A stretch of DNA of 64,000 bases, from NCBI GenBank assembly GCA_964527765.1, contig CAZGQR010000002.1, forward strand, positions 50,986-114,985, in the 5' to 3' direction. This document shows, piece after piece, positions 48,060 through 56,753 of the stretch (positions are counted from its first letter, which is position 1; each line of letters starts with the position of its first letter). The translations under genes and the position numbers were made by a program. The notes beneath the pieces are model-generated. The model was not told where the DNA came from and searched no databases. It saw only the letters and a program-made list of their open reading frames with translations. Source of the DNA: an uncultured Planctomycetia bacterium. Lineage in GTDB: Bacteria; Omnitrophota; Gorgyraeia; Tantalellales; Tantalellaceae.

Positions 48060-48557
48060 ATGAAAAGCAGAATAGTTTTATTTGTCCTGGCGTATTTAAT
48101 CTGGTGTTTCTTGAACTGGGTGCCGGACTGGCAGCATCTCCTGGTCGGGGTCTTTGCGGCGTTTCTTGTCGCGTTTCTGACCGGCGATCTTTTCATGACC
48201 AGGCCGCGGATCCTGAAGAACCCCCGGCGCTACTGGTATTTTATGGCGCAATACATACCCAGATTTTTATGGGAATGTTTCAAGGCGAACATCGACGTGG
48301 CATACCGTGTTATTCACCCGAAACTCCCCATAAATCCGGGGATCGTCAAGGTCAAGACGAAATTAAAAACGGATACGGCCCTTACGTTCCTGGCCAATTC
48401 GATAACGCTTACGCCGGGGACCATGAGCGTGGATATAGACAGGGAAAAAGGGGTCCTGTACATACACTGGATCAATGTGAAAGAGACGGACGTTGAGGCC
48501 GCGACCGAGGCCATTGTCGGAAGGTTTGAGAGGATACTCGCAAGGATTTTTGAATAA
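48060..48557 (+). CDS. MnhE (MrpE)-like subunit
   Basis: MKSRIVLFVLAYLIWCFLNWVPDWQHLLVGVFAAFLVAFLTG is the typical MnhE N-terminus; the track ORF starts earlier (47922) in the same frame. Confidence 0.65.
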   Translation: MKSRIVLFVLAYLIWCFLNWVPDWQHLLVGVFAAFLVAFLTGDLFMTRPRILKNPRRYWYFMAQYIPRFLWECFKANIDVAYRVIHPKLPINPGIVKVKTKLKTDTALTFLANSITLTPGTMSVDIDREKGVLYIHWINVKETDVEAATEAIVGRFERILARIFE

Positions 48558-48568
48558 AGGAATGACGA

Positions 48569-48939
48569 ACATGAAAATAATAAGATGGTTTTTAGGGGCG
48601 GTTGTTTTGATAGTCATCATCGCCATGGTCGTCGTAAGGCCGTTTCCTTTTCTTTTTTATCCCGATCTTCCTTATATAGGCGTTCTCGGCAGGGCCATGT
48701 ACATACTTGTCCTGGCGTGCGCCTTGTGCCTTTACCGGGTGTTCATGGGGCCCACAGGCGCCGACCGGATCGTAGCTATCGATATATTCGGTATCATGAT
48801 AATCGGTTTCTGCGCGGTGCTTACCATTTCGACCGGCAGATCATGGTACATAGATATAGGGATAGCCTGGGCACTGCAGAGTTTCATAGCCACGCTCGCG
48901 CTTTCAAAATATCTGGAAGGAAAGGGTTTCGATGAGTGA
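48569..48939 (+). CDS. MnhF (MrpF)-like subunit
   Basis: MKIIRWFLGAVVLIVIIAMVV... 3 TM; its position between the mnhE-like and mnhG-like genes supports the call. Confidence 0.55.
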
Positions 48940-49267
48940 TATTATAGGGCTGGTATTTATAGCTGTCGGTCTTGCTTTTGACTTTTTCGGGTGTCTCGGC
49001 CTCGTAAGGCTCCCGGATGTTTATAACCGCCTGCAGGCCGCGACGAAAAGCGTTACCCTGGGGACGTGCAGTATCCTTTTCGGGACGTTCCTGATCGTGG
49101 GGGCCAATGCCGCGGGGCTGAAATCTCTTCTTTGTATCATATTTATTTTGCTGACCTCGCCTGTGGCGGCGCATGCGGTGGCAAGAGGCGCCCACAGGGC
49201 CGGATTCAAACTATGGGATAAAAGCGTTATTGACAGGTACGCTGAGGACAAGGAAGGCGAGATATAA
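48932..49267 (+). CDS. MnhG (MrpG)-like subunit
   Basis: MSDIIGLVFIAVGLAFDFFGCLGLVRLPDVYNRLQAATKSVTLG is the typical MnhG/PhaG N-terminus. Confidence 0.75.
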   Translation: MSDIIGLVFIAVGLAFDFFGCLGLVRLPDVYNRLQAATKSVTLGTCSILFGTFLIVGANAAGLKSLLCIIFILLTSPVAAHAVARGAHRAGFKLWDKSVIDRYAEDKEGEI

Positions 49268-49903
49268 ATGAGAATACCGAAGCCGAAGATAAGAGAGATA
49301 ATAGAAGCCGTGAAAGCGCTTATCAAAGGTCCGTATACGTCAAGGTTCCCCAAGGTCGGGCATGAGCCGTATCCGAGTTTCCGGGGGCAGCCGAAGTATA
49401 ACGACGAGAAATGCGTGGGGTGCCTGGCCTGCGTGCATGTCTGTCCGGTCGGGGCGCTTGATTTTAAGGATTCCGCCGATCCCAAGGATCCCAAAAGGAC
49501 GTTATACCACCACACGGATACCTGTATATTCTGCGGACAGTGTGAGGCTGCGTGCATAGCCGATAACGAGGGAATAAAGCTTTCCAGGGACTGGGAACTT
49601 TCTTTCTTTGAAAGAAAAGAAGCCACGGAGAGCATCGAAAAAGAACTGCAGCTGTGCGAGATATGCGGCGATCCCATCGCCTGCAAGGATCATTTAAAAT
49701 GGATATCTCAAAAGTTAGGTGAATTGACCTATTCAAGCCCTACCTTGTATCTGTCCCGTCTTAAAAGTCTCGGCATCGTAGATGAGAATATTATTTCCGC
49801 GATGAAGGATTACGGTCGTTCCGACAGGACAAAGATCCTCTGCGCCCGCTGCAGGAGGGAAACGACTCTTACCACGAAAGAGTCCGAAACGACTAAAAAG
49901 TAA
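49268..49903 (+). CDS. NuoI/HycF/MbhN-like 2x[4Fe-4S] ferredoxin subunit
   Basis: CVGCLACVHVCPVGAL and CIFCGQCEAACIA. Confidence 0.75.
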   Translation: MRIPKPKIREIIEAVKALIKGPYTSRFPKVGHEPYPSFRGQPKYNDEKCVGCLACVHVCPVGALDFKDSADPKDPKRTLYHHTDTCIFCGQCEAACIADNEGIKLSRDWELSFFERKEATESIEKELQLCEICGDPIACKDHLKWISQKLGELTYSSPTLYLSRLKSLGIVDENIISAMKDYGRSDRTKILCARCRRETTLTTKESETTKK

Positions 49904-49928
49904 CCGTAAAGGACAGGATTTCCTCAGG

Positions 49929-50411
49929 ATGAAGAATAATATGCCGGAAGTGTCTAAAATTCTTTCGAAAGTGTTTAAAGGCAGGACCGTTATCGTCGGC
50001 ATGGGCAACGTTCTCAAGGGGGACGATGCTTTCGGTCCGAGGCTGGTCGAAAGGCTGAAGGGCGATGCAAAAGCCGTGTGCATAGACGCGGGAAGCGCAC
50101 CTGAGAATTATACGGGCAAGATAATAAAGGAAAGACCCGAGACGATCATTATCGCCGATGCGGTACATCTGGGGCTGAAGCCCGGGGAGTGCGACGTTTT
50201 AAGAAAAGACGATATCGTCAGGAGCGGATTTACGACGCATGATATTTCTCCGGTCATGTTCATCGAATATCTGGAAAACCAAACGGGAGCGGATATTTAT
50301 ATGCTGGCTGTCCAGCCGGAGACTGTCGGCTTTGGAGAAGAGATGTCCGACAGCGTTAAAAAGGCGCTTGAGGAGATCTCTGTACTGATAAAGGAGGCGC
50401 AAGATGCATGA
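49929..50411 (+). CDS. hycI: Hydrogenase maturation endopeptidase (HycI/HybD family)
   Basis: VIVGMGNVLKGDDAFGPRLVERL...IDAG...IIADAV are the canonical motifs. Confidence 0.85.
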   Translation: MKNNMPEVSKILSKVFKGRTVIVGMGNVLKGDDAFGPRLVERLKGDAKAVCIDAGSAPENYTGKIIKERPETIIIADAVHLGLKPGECDVLRKDDIVRSGFTTHDISPVMFIEYLENQTGADIYMLAVQPETVGFGEEMSDSVKKALEEISVLIKEAQDA

Positions 50412-50646
50412 AACACATTTGATAGAGCCCGTGATAAAGGGCATATCCGAGCATGCCCGGAAAGAAGGAGCAGGATCGGTGAGCAAGGTCAGGCTGAAAG
50501 TAGGGGCCCTTACCTGCGTCAGGGAGGACTCCTTCAGGGAGACTTTCAGTGTCCTGGCGAAGGGGACCGTTCTCGAGAATGCGGAACTGGAGATCACGTT
50601 CTTCCCGGGCTCGAGGGTCGAAGTGGTGTCGTTCGATATTGATTAG
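50404..50646 (+). CDS. HypA-like N-terminal (nickel-binding) domain protein lacking the zinc-finger domain
   Basis: 80 aa; starts MHETHLIEPVI... like the MHE Ni site of HypA, but no CxxC...CxxC follows. Confidence 0.4.
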   Translation: MHETHLIEPVIKGISEHARKEGAGSVSKVRLKVGALTCVREDSFRETFSVLAKGTVLENAELEITFFPGSRVEVVSFDID

Positions 50647-50654
50647 ATCACTGA

Positions 50655-50722
50655 TGTTCGAATTGTTTTCGGGAACCATGCCCGCTCGGTCGTTCGACGT
50701 CCCGCTCGAAACAATTCAAACA
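50655..50722. repeat. Long imperfect inverted repeat (16-17 bp arms, about 35-nt spacer)
   Basis: TGTTCGAATTGTTTTCG ... CGAAACAATTCAAACA, in the 100-nt gap between the hypA-like and hypF-like genes. Confidence 0.5.
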
Positions 50723-50746
50723 TCAACAAACGAATAAATAAATATT

Positions 50747-51826
50747 ATGAACAGGACAATACTCGCGCTCGGCGCGGACATAAAGAACAGATCTCTTCTG
50801 GGAAGAGGGCGGGAACTGCGCTTCGGACCCGATATAGGGGACCTGAGCGATGCCGCGAACTATGAAAGGTTCCGGAAGGAAGCGGCGCTTCTGGCGAAGA
50901 GAGCCGGCACCAGGCCGGGTATCGTCGCCTGTGACCTTCACCCGGGATATTTCTCGGCCAGGTTCGCGAAGGACGGCCGGAAATGGTTCGCTAAAAATTA
51001 CAGGACCGTTCCTGTCCAGCATCACCACGCGCACGTAGCGAGCGTGATGCAGGAATACGGCCTGGAAGGTCCTGTCATAGGCGTGTCTTTTGACGGGACG
51101 GGTTACGGGACGGACGGGAACATATGGGGCGGTGAGTTCCTCATTGTCGATAAAGCCGGGTTTAAAAGGGCGGGTCATCTCAGGTACCGCATGATGCCCG
51201 GAGGCGACAGGGTGGTCTCCGAACCGTGGAGGATGGTACTGAGCATACTGGGGGAAAAGGGAGCCGGTTTGATCAAAAAGGTGGATCGAAAGAATAAAGA
51301 TCTTGTCCTGGCAATGATGTCAGGGAATATAAACTCACCGCTGACTTCAAGCGCGGGACGCCTTTTTGATGCCGCTGCCGCACTTCTGGGTGTATGTGAA
51401 TACGCCTCGCGCGAAGCGGAAGGCCCCGTAAAGCTTGAATCCATGTGTGAAGGAAACGTAGAGGAAAGTTACGGATTTGAGATATTAAAAGATGATGACC
51501 GCGATGTAATAGATACCGGGGGTTTGTTCCTGGGGATGGCCGCTGATATGAAAAAAGGTAAAGACAAGGGAGTTATAGCCGCCAGGTTCCACAATTCCAT
51601 GGCTGAAGTTATCGTTAAGACGGCCGGGAGGATATCGAAACGTTCCGGCATCATGGATATCGCGCTGAGCGGTGGGGTCTTTCAGAACGATCTCTTAAGG
51701 ACCGGGGTCATGAAAAGATTGGGCCGTTCGGGTTTCAAGGTGTTCATCAACAGTTCCATCCCTGTCAACGACCTGAACATAGCATTGGGGCAGTATTATG
51801 TGTCTGGCAATTCCTGCAAGAGTTGA
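50747..51826 (+). CDS. hypF: HypF C-terminal (Kae1/YgjD-like carbamoyl-transfer) domain protein; the acylphosphatase, Zn-finger and YrdC parts of canonical HypF are absent
   Basis: 359 aa; ILALGADIKN... and IALSGGVFQNDLL match the HypF C-terminal domain; canonical HypF is about 750 aa. Confidence 0.6.
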   Translation: MNRTILALGADIKNRSLLGRGRELRFGPDIGDLSDAANYERFRKEAALLAKRAGTRPGIVACDLHPGYFSARFAKDGRKWFAKNYRTVPVQHHHAHVASVMQEYGLEGPVIGVSFDGTGYGTDGNIWGGEFLIVDKAGFKRAGHLRYRMMPGGDRVVSEPWRMVLSILGEKGAGLIKKVDRKNKDLVLAMMSGNINSPLTSSAGRLFDAAAALLGVCEYASREAEGPVKLESMCEGNVEESYGFEILKDDDRDVIDTGGLFLGMAADMKKGKDKGVIAARFHNSMAEVIVKTAGRISKRSGIMDIALSGGVFQNDLLRTGVMKRLGRSGFKVFINSSIPVNDLNIALGQYYVSGNSCKS

Positions 51827-52055
51827 GAGTATCGAAAAGAGCGCTGCCGTCGTGGATTTCGGCGGCGTGCGTAAAAAGATCTCGCTTGGGGTCCTGAGCG
51901 GCGTGAAAAAGGGAGATCATGTCCTGGTCCATGCCGGGTTCGCGATAGGAAAAGTAGAGAGGGAAGAGGCGGAGGACACGCTGAAAGTATTGCGGGAGCT
52001 GAAGGAGGCGGTGAGAGAAGAAAGCGGCATGGCGGGGACAGGCCCTTTTAACTGA
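51798..52055 (+). CDS. hypC: Hydrogenase assembly chaperone HypC
   Basis: MCLAIPARV..., N-terminal Cys2, 85 aa. Confidence 0.85.
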   Translation: MCLAIPARVESIEKSAAVVDFGGVRKKISLGVLSGVKKGDHVLVHAGFAIGKVEREEAEDTLKVLRELKEAVREESGMAGTGPFN

Positions 52056-52056
52056 T

Positions 52057-53067
52057 ATGAAGAAGATAAAGCTGATGGAAGTATGCGGGACGCATACAAT
52101 GGCGATCGCGAAGGCGGGTATCAAAAAACTCCTTCCCGAGGGAATAGAGCTCATCTCCGGTCCGGGTTGCCCCGTATGCGTGACCTCCCAGGAAGATATC
52201 GACAGGGCGATAAAGATCGCCGGCGTGAAGGATGTCATCATGGCTACCTTCGGCGACATGATGCGGGTGCCGGGAAGCCTGGGGAGCCTCGAGGATATTA
52301 AAAGACGCGGTGCGGATGTGCGGATCGTGTACTCATGCATCGATGCGCTGGATATGGCAGAAAAGAACCCTTCCAAAAAAGTCGTTTTCATGGGGGTCGG
52401 TTTTGAGACGACCTCTCCCACCGTGGCGGCGACCGTGATAGAGGCAAAAAGGCGGAAGGCGCGGAATTTTTTCGTCCTGTCGGATTTCAAGCTTATTTTC
52501 CCGGCTCTTGAGGCTATCGCCGGGTCCGGCAGGGTCGGGGTGGACGGCTTTTTGTGCCCGGGGCATGTCAGTGTCATCACGGGGAGCGTTCCTTATGAAA
52601 GAATAGCGAAGCGCTACGGGAAGGCCTGCGTTATAACAGGGTTTGACGATGCTGATATTATAAAGGGAATAAAGCGCCTCGTCGACCAGATACAGAGAAA
52701 CGAGAGCGAGGTCGAGATCGAGTACAGAAGGGCTGTCGGCAAAGAAGGCAATGTTACCGCAAAGAAGGTCTTGCGCGCGGTGTTCAAACCGGGCCCGGCG
52801 CGGTGGAGAGGGCTTGGGAAGATAGAAAAAAGCGGCCTTAAGTTAAGGAAAACATATGAGAGGTTCGATGCCGAGAAAGAATTTAAGATCAAAATCCCCA
52901 GACCGAAGCCGCATAAGGGCTGCATATGCGGGGATGTTCTCCAGGGGATAAAGTCGCCTGTTGACTGCAAACTGTTCGGGAAAAAATGTGACCCCCGCAG
53001 TCCCGTGGGGCCCTGCATGGTTTCCTCGGAAGGCACTTGCGCGGCATATTTTAAGTACGGGGCATAG
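52057..53067 (+). CDS. hypD: Hydrogenase formation protein HypD
   Basis: CGTHT, GPGCPVCV and FETT motifs; 336 aa. Confidence 0.9.
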   Translation: MKKIKLMEVCGTHTMAIAKAGIKKLLPEGIELISGPGCPVCVTSQEDIDRAIKIAGVKDVIMATFGDMMRVPGSLGSLEDIKRRGADVRIVYSCIDALDMAEKNPSKKVVFMGVGFETTSPTVAATVIEAKRRKARNFFVLSDFKLIFPALEAIAGSGRVGVDGFLCPGHVSVITGSVPYERIAKRYGKACVITGFDDADIIKGIKRLVDQIQRNESEVEIEYRRAVGKEGNVTAKKVLRAVFKPGPARWRGLGKIEKSGLKLRKTYERFDAEKEFKIKIPRPKPHKGCICGDVLQGIKSPVDCKLFGKKCDPRSPVGPCMVSSEGTCAAYFKYGA

Positions 53068-53068
53068 T

Positions 53069-54061
53069 ATGGCACACAAAAATATAACCCTGGCTCACGG
53101 CAACGGCGGCAGGCTCATGCACGAGCTTATTGACGTGTTCCGTTCGAAGTTCTCGAACAGGATACTGGATGAATTATCGGATGCCGCCGAGATCCGTTTG
53201 CGGGAAGACCGGCTGGCCTTCAGCACGGATTCGTTCGTGGTAAAACCCCTGTTTTTCCCCGGCGGCGATATAGGTAAACTCGCCGTTCATGGCACGGTAA
53301 ACGATATATCCATGAAAGGCGCAAAGCCGCTGTTCATCTCTCTTGCCTTAATTCTCGAGGAGGGACTTGAGCTTTCCGTGCTTGAGAGAATAGTCTCTTC
53401 CATAAAACAAGCTTCCCGTAAAGCCGGGGTCAAGGTCGTTACGGGCGATATAAAGGTCGTTGAAAAAGGCGCCGCCGATAAGATCTTCATAAATACTTCC
53501 GGTATAGGCGTTATCGGTCATTCCGGGAAAAGTGTAGGTTCCAGGGCGCGAAAGGGCGATTCTGTCGTGATCAACGGCGGGATAGCCGAGCACGGGATGG
53601 CGATCCTGAATGCCAGGGAGGGTCTGGGTTTTGAATCCGGTATAAGAAGCGATTGCCGCAACCTGAACTTTGAAGTTGAGAGGTGCCTTAAGGCGTCAAG
53701 GAATATAAGTGTCATGCGCGACCCTACAAGAGGGGGGCTTGCCACGGCGCTGAACGAGATAGCGTCCGCCTCAAATCTTGGCATAGAGATCCACGAAAAG
53801 GATATACCGGTCAAGCCGGGGGTAAAAAGATTGTGTGATGTTCTGGGGCTTGACCCCCTGTACATCGCCAATGAGGGAAAATTCGTCTGTTTTGTCAAAG
53901 AAAAGGACGCGCCGAAGATAGAGCGCTCGATGGGTCGGGGCGCCCGGATCATAGGAAAAGTCACTTCCGCCCACAAAAAAGAGGTCCGTCTGCGGACACG
54001 GATCGGTTCAAGCCGTATCCTGCCGGCCCTGGAATCGGATCAACTCCCCCGCATCTGCTGA
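53069..54061 (+). CDS. hypE: Hydrogenase maturation protein HypE
   Basis: MAHKNITLAHGNGG...; PurM-like fold; ends in the conserved ...PRIC; the track ORF (52961) begins earlier in frame. Confidence 0.85.
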   Translation: MAHKNITLAHGNGGRLMHELIDVFRSKFSNRILDELSDAAEIRLREDRLAFSTDSFVVKPLFFPGGDIGKLAVHGTVNDISMKGAKPLFISLALILEEGLELSVLERIVSSIKQASRKAGVKVVTGDIKVVEKGAADKIFINTSGIGVIGHSGKSVGSRARKGDSVVINGGIAEHGMAILNAREGLGFESGIRSDCRNLNFEVERCLKASRNISVMRDPTRGGLATALNEIASASNLGIEIHEKDIPVKPGVKRLCDVLGLDPLYIANEGKFVCFVKEKDAPKIERSMGRGARIIGKVTSAHKKEVRLRTRIGSSRILPALESDQLPRIC

Positions 54062-54075
54062 TATCGAAAAAAGCT

Positions 54076-54121
54076 TGACGTCGGGCAACAACTGTGTTAC
54101 GATTTTGAAAATCGTAACACA
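54076..54121 (+). promoter_or_regulatory. Promoter (TTGACG-17-TACGAT) overlapped by a perfect 27-bp palindrome, a candidate NikR operator
   Basis: GTGTTACGATTTT-G-AAAATCGTAACAC at 54095-54121 overlaps the -10, directly upstream of the nikR GTG start at 54134. The half-site GTAACAC/TAACACG recurs twice, at 54569-54576 and 54588-54596, upstream of the porin gene. Confidence 0.55.
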
Positions 54122-54133
54122 AGGAGATCCAAA

Positions 54134-54550
54134 GTGGCGGAATTAATGCGTTTCGGCGTATCGCTGGAAAAAGACCTTCTTGATAAGTTTGACAGGATTA
54201 TCAGGATCGAAAATTATTCCAACCGTTCCGAAGCCATCCGCGACCTGATAAGGGAAAAGCTTGTCAGGAAAGAGTGGAAGGGAAAAGCCGAGGTAGCCGG
54301 AGCCGTTATCCTCGTTTATGATCATCACAAAAGGGACCTTTTGAATTCTCTCGTGGATATCCAGCACGACTTTCATCACCTGATCATCGCCAACCAGCAT
54401 GTTCACCTGGACCATCACAATTGTCTTGAGATCATTGTGGTCAAGGGAAAGCCCGGAGAGATCGAAAAACTTGCCCACAAATTAAAATCCGCCAAGGGGG
54501 TCAAACACGGCCAGCTTACGGCGGCTACGACAGGAAAAGAACTGGCATAA
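54134..54550 (+). CDS. nikR: Nickel-responsive regulator NikR (ribbon-helix-helix + ACT-like metal-binding domain)
   Basis: VSLEKDLLDKFDRIIRIENYSNRSEAIRDLIRE is an RHH region; the C-terminus has HHLIIANQHVHLDHHNC with His/Cys Ni ligands. Confidence 0.85.
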   Translation: MAELMRFGVSLEKDLLDKFDRIIRIENYSNRSEAIRDLIREKLVRKEWKGKAEVAGAVILVYDHHKRDLLNSLVDIQHDFHHLIIANQHVHLDHHNCLEIIVVKGKPGEIEKLAHKLKSAKGVKHGQLTAATTGKELA

Positions 54551-54622
54551 AAATTTTTTTGAGATGCAATAACACGAATATGGTATTTGTAACACGGATA
54601 AAAAAGTAAGGAGGAGAAAGAG

Positions 54623-56047
54623 ATGTTTTTCAGGAAAGCCGTTACGGTTATCGGCGCGACGAGCATGTTTTTATTTTTTTGTATCTCTGCCTTCGGGGCG
54701 GATGTGCCGTCGAATGCGGAACTTCTCAAGGAACTCAGAGAGATGCGAAAAATAATAAAAAAGCAGGATGAAAGGATCGCGGTGCTGGAAAAACAGCTGC
54801 AGGAACAAAGTAAAGCGGTGGAAGAACAGCAAAGTGCGAGTGACGCCCGTAAGCGGGAAATGGACCTTTTACACGGCAAAGTCGCGGAAACGCAAAAGGC
54901 CCTGGCGGTGAGGGAAGCGGCGCCGGCGGACGCGCGCAAGGAAGAGCTGGACCGCTTGCGCGGCGTAGCGGAAGCCTTCGAGGGACTCATTATCAACGCG
55001 GGGATAACCGCTGTCGGGCAGGGCACGCCGGACGCCAATAACGCCGGCGGAGGGGAAGACTCCAGATTCGACGGGTCGTACTCGGTGGATGTTGAACTTG
55101 AGAAACAGTTCGACGATTATGGGCTGGCATTTATTCATCTGGAAGCCGGCCAGGGCGATACCATAGAAGGGGACCTGGCGGTTTTCAGCAATGTCAATAG
55201 GGACGCCGGGGATTCAAACGCGCATGTCGACGTGACGGAAGCCTGGTACGAGCACTTTCTGTTTGACAGGCAGGTGATAATCACGGGCGGGAAACTTGAC
55301 GCCTCGGGCTTTATCGATACCAACGAGTACGCGAACGATGAGTGTTCGCAGTTCCTCGGGCGCATGTTCAGGAATTCCGACGCGATCGATTGGCCTGACG
55401 ATAATGCCCTGGGCGGGCGGATAATGCTTGCCCCGGAAATGCTGAAGGCCTTTGAGCTTGATGCCGTTTACATGGACGAGGACGGCGACTGGGAGGAGAT
55501 ATTCAACAAACCGTTTGCCGGCGTTCAGCTTAATTTCATGCCGGCCAGGGCGTTTGACTACGACGAGGATATGTGGGGAGGCAACTACCGCGTGTACTTC
55601 TGGTATAACGGGGCGGACCATACCAAGTGGAAAGACGCCGAAAAGACGAAGGAGACCAACTGCGGCGTCGGCCTGAGCTGTGACCAGATGCTTACGGAAG
55701 TTTTCGGCCTGTTTGGCCGGTTCGGATGGCAGAATCCCGAAGTGAGCGTTCTGGAATATCACTGGTCCGTCGGCGGGCAGATGACCGGTCAATATTGGAA
55801 CAGGGAAAGGGATGTTGTCGCCGTGGCTGTGGGGCAGGCGATCCCCGGCAAGGAATACGGCGATGCCGGTAATCCTCATGACAACGAAACACACCTCGAA
55901 GCTTACTACGCTTATAAAGTGAATGACCATCTTACCCTGTCTCCCGATATGCAGTTTATCTGGGATCCCAACGGCGTGGGAAACAGCGCCGACGGCGACA
56001 ACGATTGTATATTTGTATATGGCGTAAGAGGCCAGGTCGATTTTTAA
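54623..56047 (+). CDS. Outer-membrane beta-barrel protein (porin-like) with N-terminal signal peptide and coiled-coil segment
   Basis: Signal peptide MFFRKAVTVIGATSMFLFFCISAFGA; a coiled-coil of about 100 aa; alternating beta-strand pattern; a C-terminal ...YGVRGQVDF with a terminal Phe (beta-signal). Confidence 0.55.
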   Translation: MFFRKAVTVIGATSMFLFFCISAFGADVPSNAELLKELREMRKIIKKQDERIAVLEKQLQEQSKAVEEQQSASDARKREMDLLHGKVAETQKALAVREAAPADARKEELDRLRGVAEAFEGLIINAGITAVGQGTPDANNAGGGEDSRFDGSYSVDVELEKQFDDYGLAFIHLEAGQGDTIEGDLAVFSNVNRDAGDSNAHVDVTEAWYEHFLFDRQVIITGGKLDASGFIDTNEYANDECSQFLGRMFRNSDAIDWPDDNALGGRIMLAPEMLKAFELDAVYMDEDGDWEEIFNKPFAGVQLNFMPARAFDYDEDMWGGNYRVYFWYNGADHTKWKDAEKTKETNCGVGLSCDQMLTEVFGLFGRFGWQNPEVSVLEYHWSVGGQMTGQYWNRERDVVAVAVGQAIPGKEYGDAGNPHDNETHLEAYYAYKVNDHLTLSPDMQFIWDPNGVGNSADGDNDCIFVYGVRGQVDF

Positions 56048-56061
56048 AAAAGGGGGGAAAG

Positions 56062-56697
56062 ATGCATATACCGGATGGTTTTTTGACCGCCAGCACATGG
56101 GTGCCCGCCTGGGTCCTGTCCGCAGGCGGTATCGGGTATTGCCTGAGAAAGACGGGGGAGATACTTAGAGACAGGATGATCCCCTTGATGGGGGTCATGG
56201 CGGCTTTTATTTTCGCGGCGCAGATGCTTAACTTTCCCGTAGTCGGGGGCACGTCCGGCCATCTGCTGGGGGGAGTACTGGCCGCGGTTCTGCTCGGGCC
56301 GTATGCCGGAGCTCTCGTGATAACAGTGGTTTTGATCGTCCAGTGTTTTGTTTTTCAGGACGGGGGAGTGACGGCGTTGGGCGCCAACGTATTTAATATG
56401 GCTATTGTCGGAGCTATGGGGGGATATTTTCTCTACGGTTTTCTAAGGCGGGGCATAAAGGGCACTGCCGGTCTTATTGTGGGGGCCGGTGTTGCCGCAT
56501 GGGCGTCCGTGGTCGTTGCTTCGATCGTTTGCGCGGTTGAACTTGCCTTATCGGGTACCTCGCCGATAAGGATCGCGTTGCCGGCCATGGCGGGTATCCA
56601 CGCGCTCATAGGTATAGGAGAAGCGATCATAACCTGCCTGGTCGTGTCGTTCGTCGCGAAGGTAAGGCCCGACCTGATATATAAGATCGCAGAATGA
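56062..56697 (+). CDS. cbiM: ECF-transporter substrate-capture component CbiM/NikM (Ni/Co)
   Basis: N-terminus MHIPDGFL, with the conserved Met1-His2 metal-binding start; about 6 TM. Confidence 0.85.
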   Translation: MHIPDGFLTASTWVPAWVLSAGGIGYCLRKTGEILRDRMIPLMGVMAAFIFAAQMLNFPVVGGTSGHLLGGVLAAVLLGPYAGALVITVVLIVQCFVFQDGGVTALGANVFNMAIVGAMGGYFLYGFLRRGIKGTAGLIVGAGVAAWASVVVASIVCAVELALSGTSPIRIALPAMAGIHALIGIGEAIITCLVVSFVAKVRPDLIYKIAE

Positions 56698-56753
56698 GAT
56701 CATGTAAACCCCGCCGGAGAGGCCTGCCTTCCCCGGCGGGGCAAGAAGGAGAG

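Noticed and set aside
55214-56098. 294-aa ORF on the - strand inside the porin gene and the cbiM start
   Set aside because: Antisense shadow. The + strand beta-barrel ORF has a signal peptide and a C-terminal Phe, and cbiM has the MHIPDGFL start.
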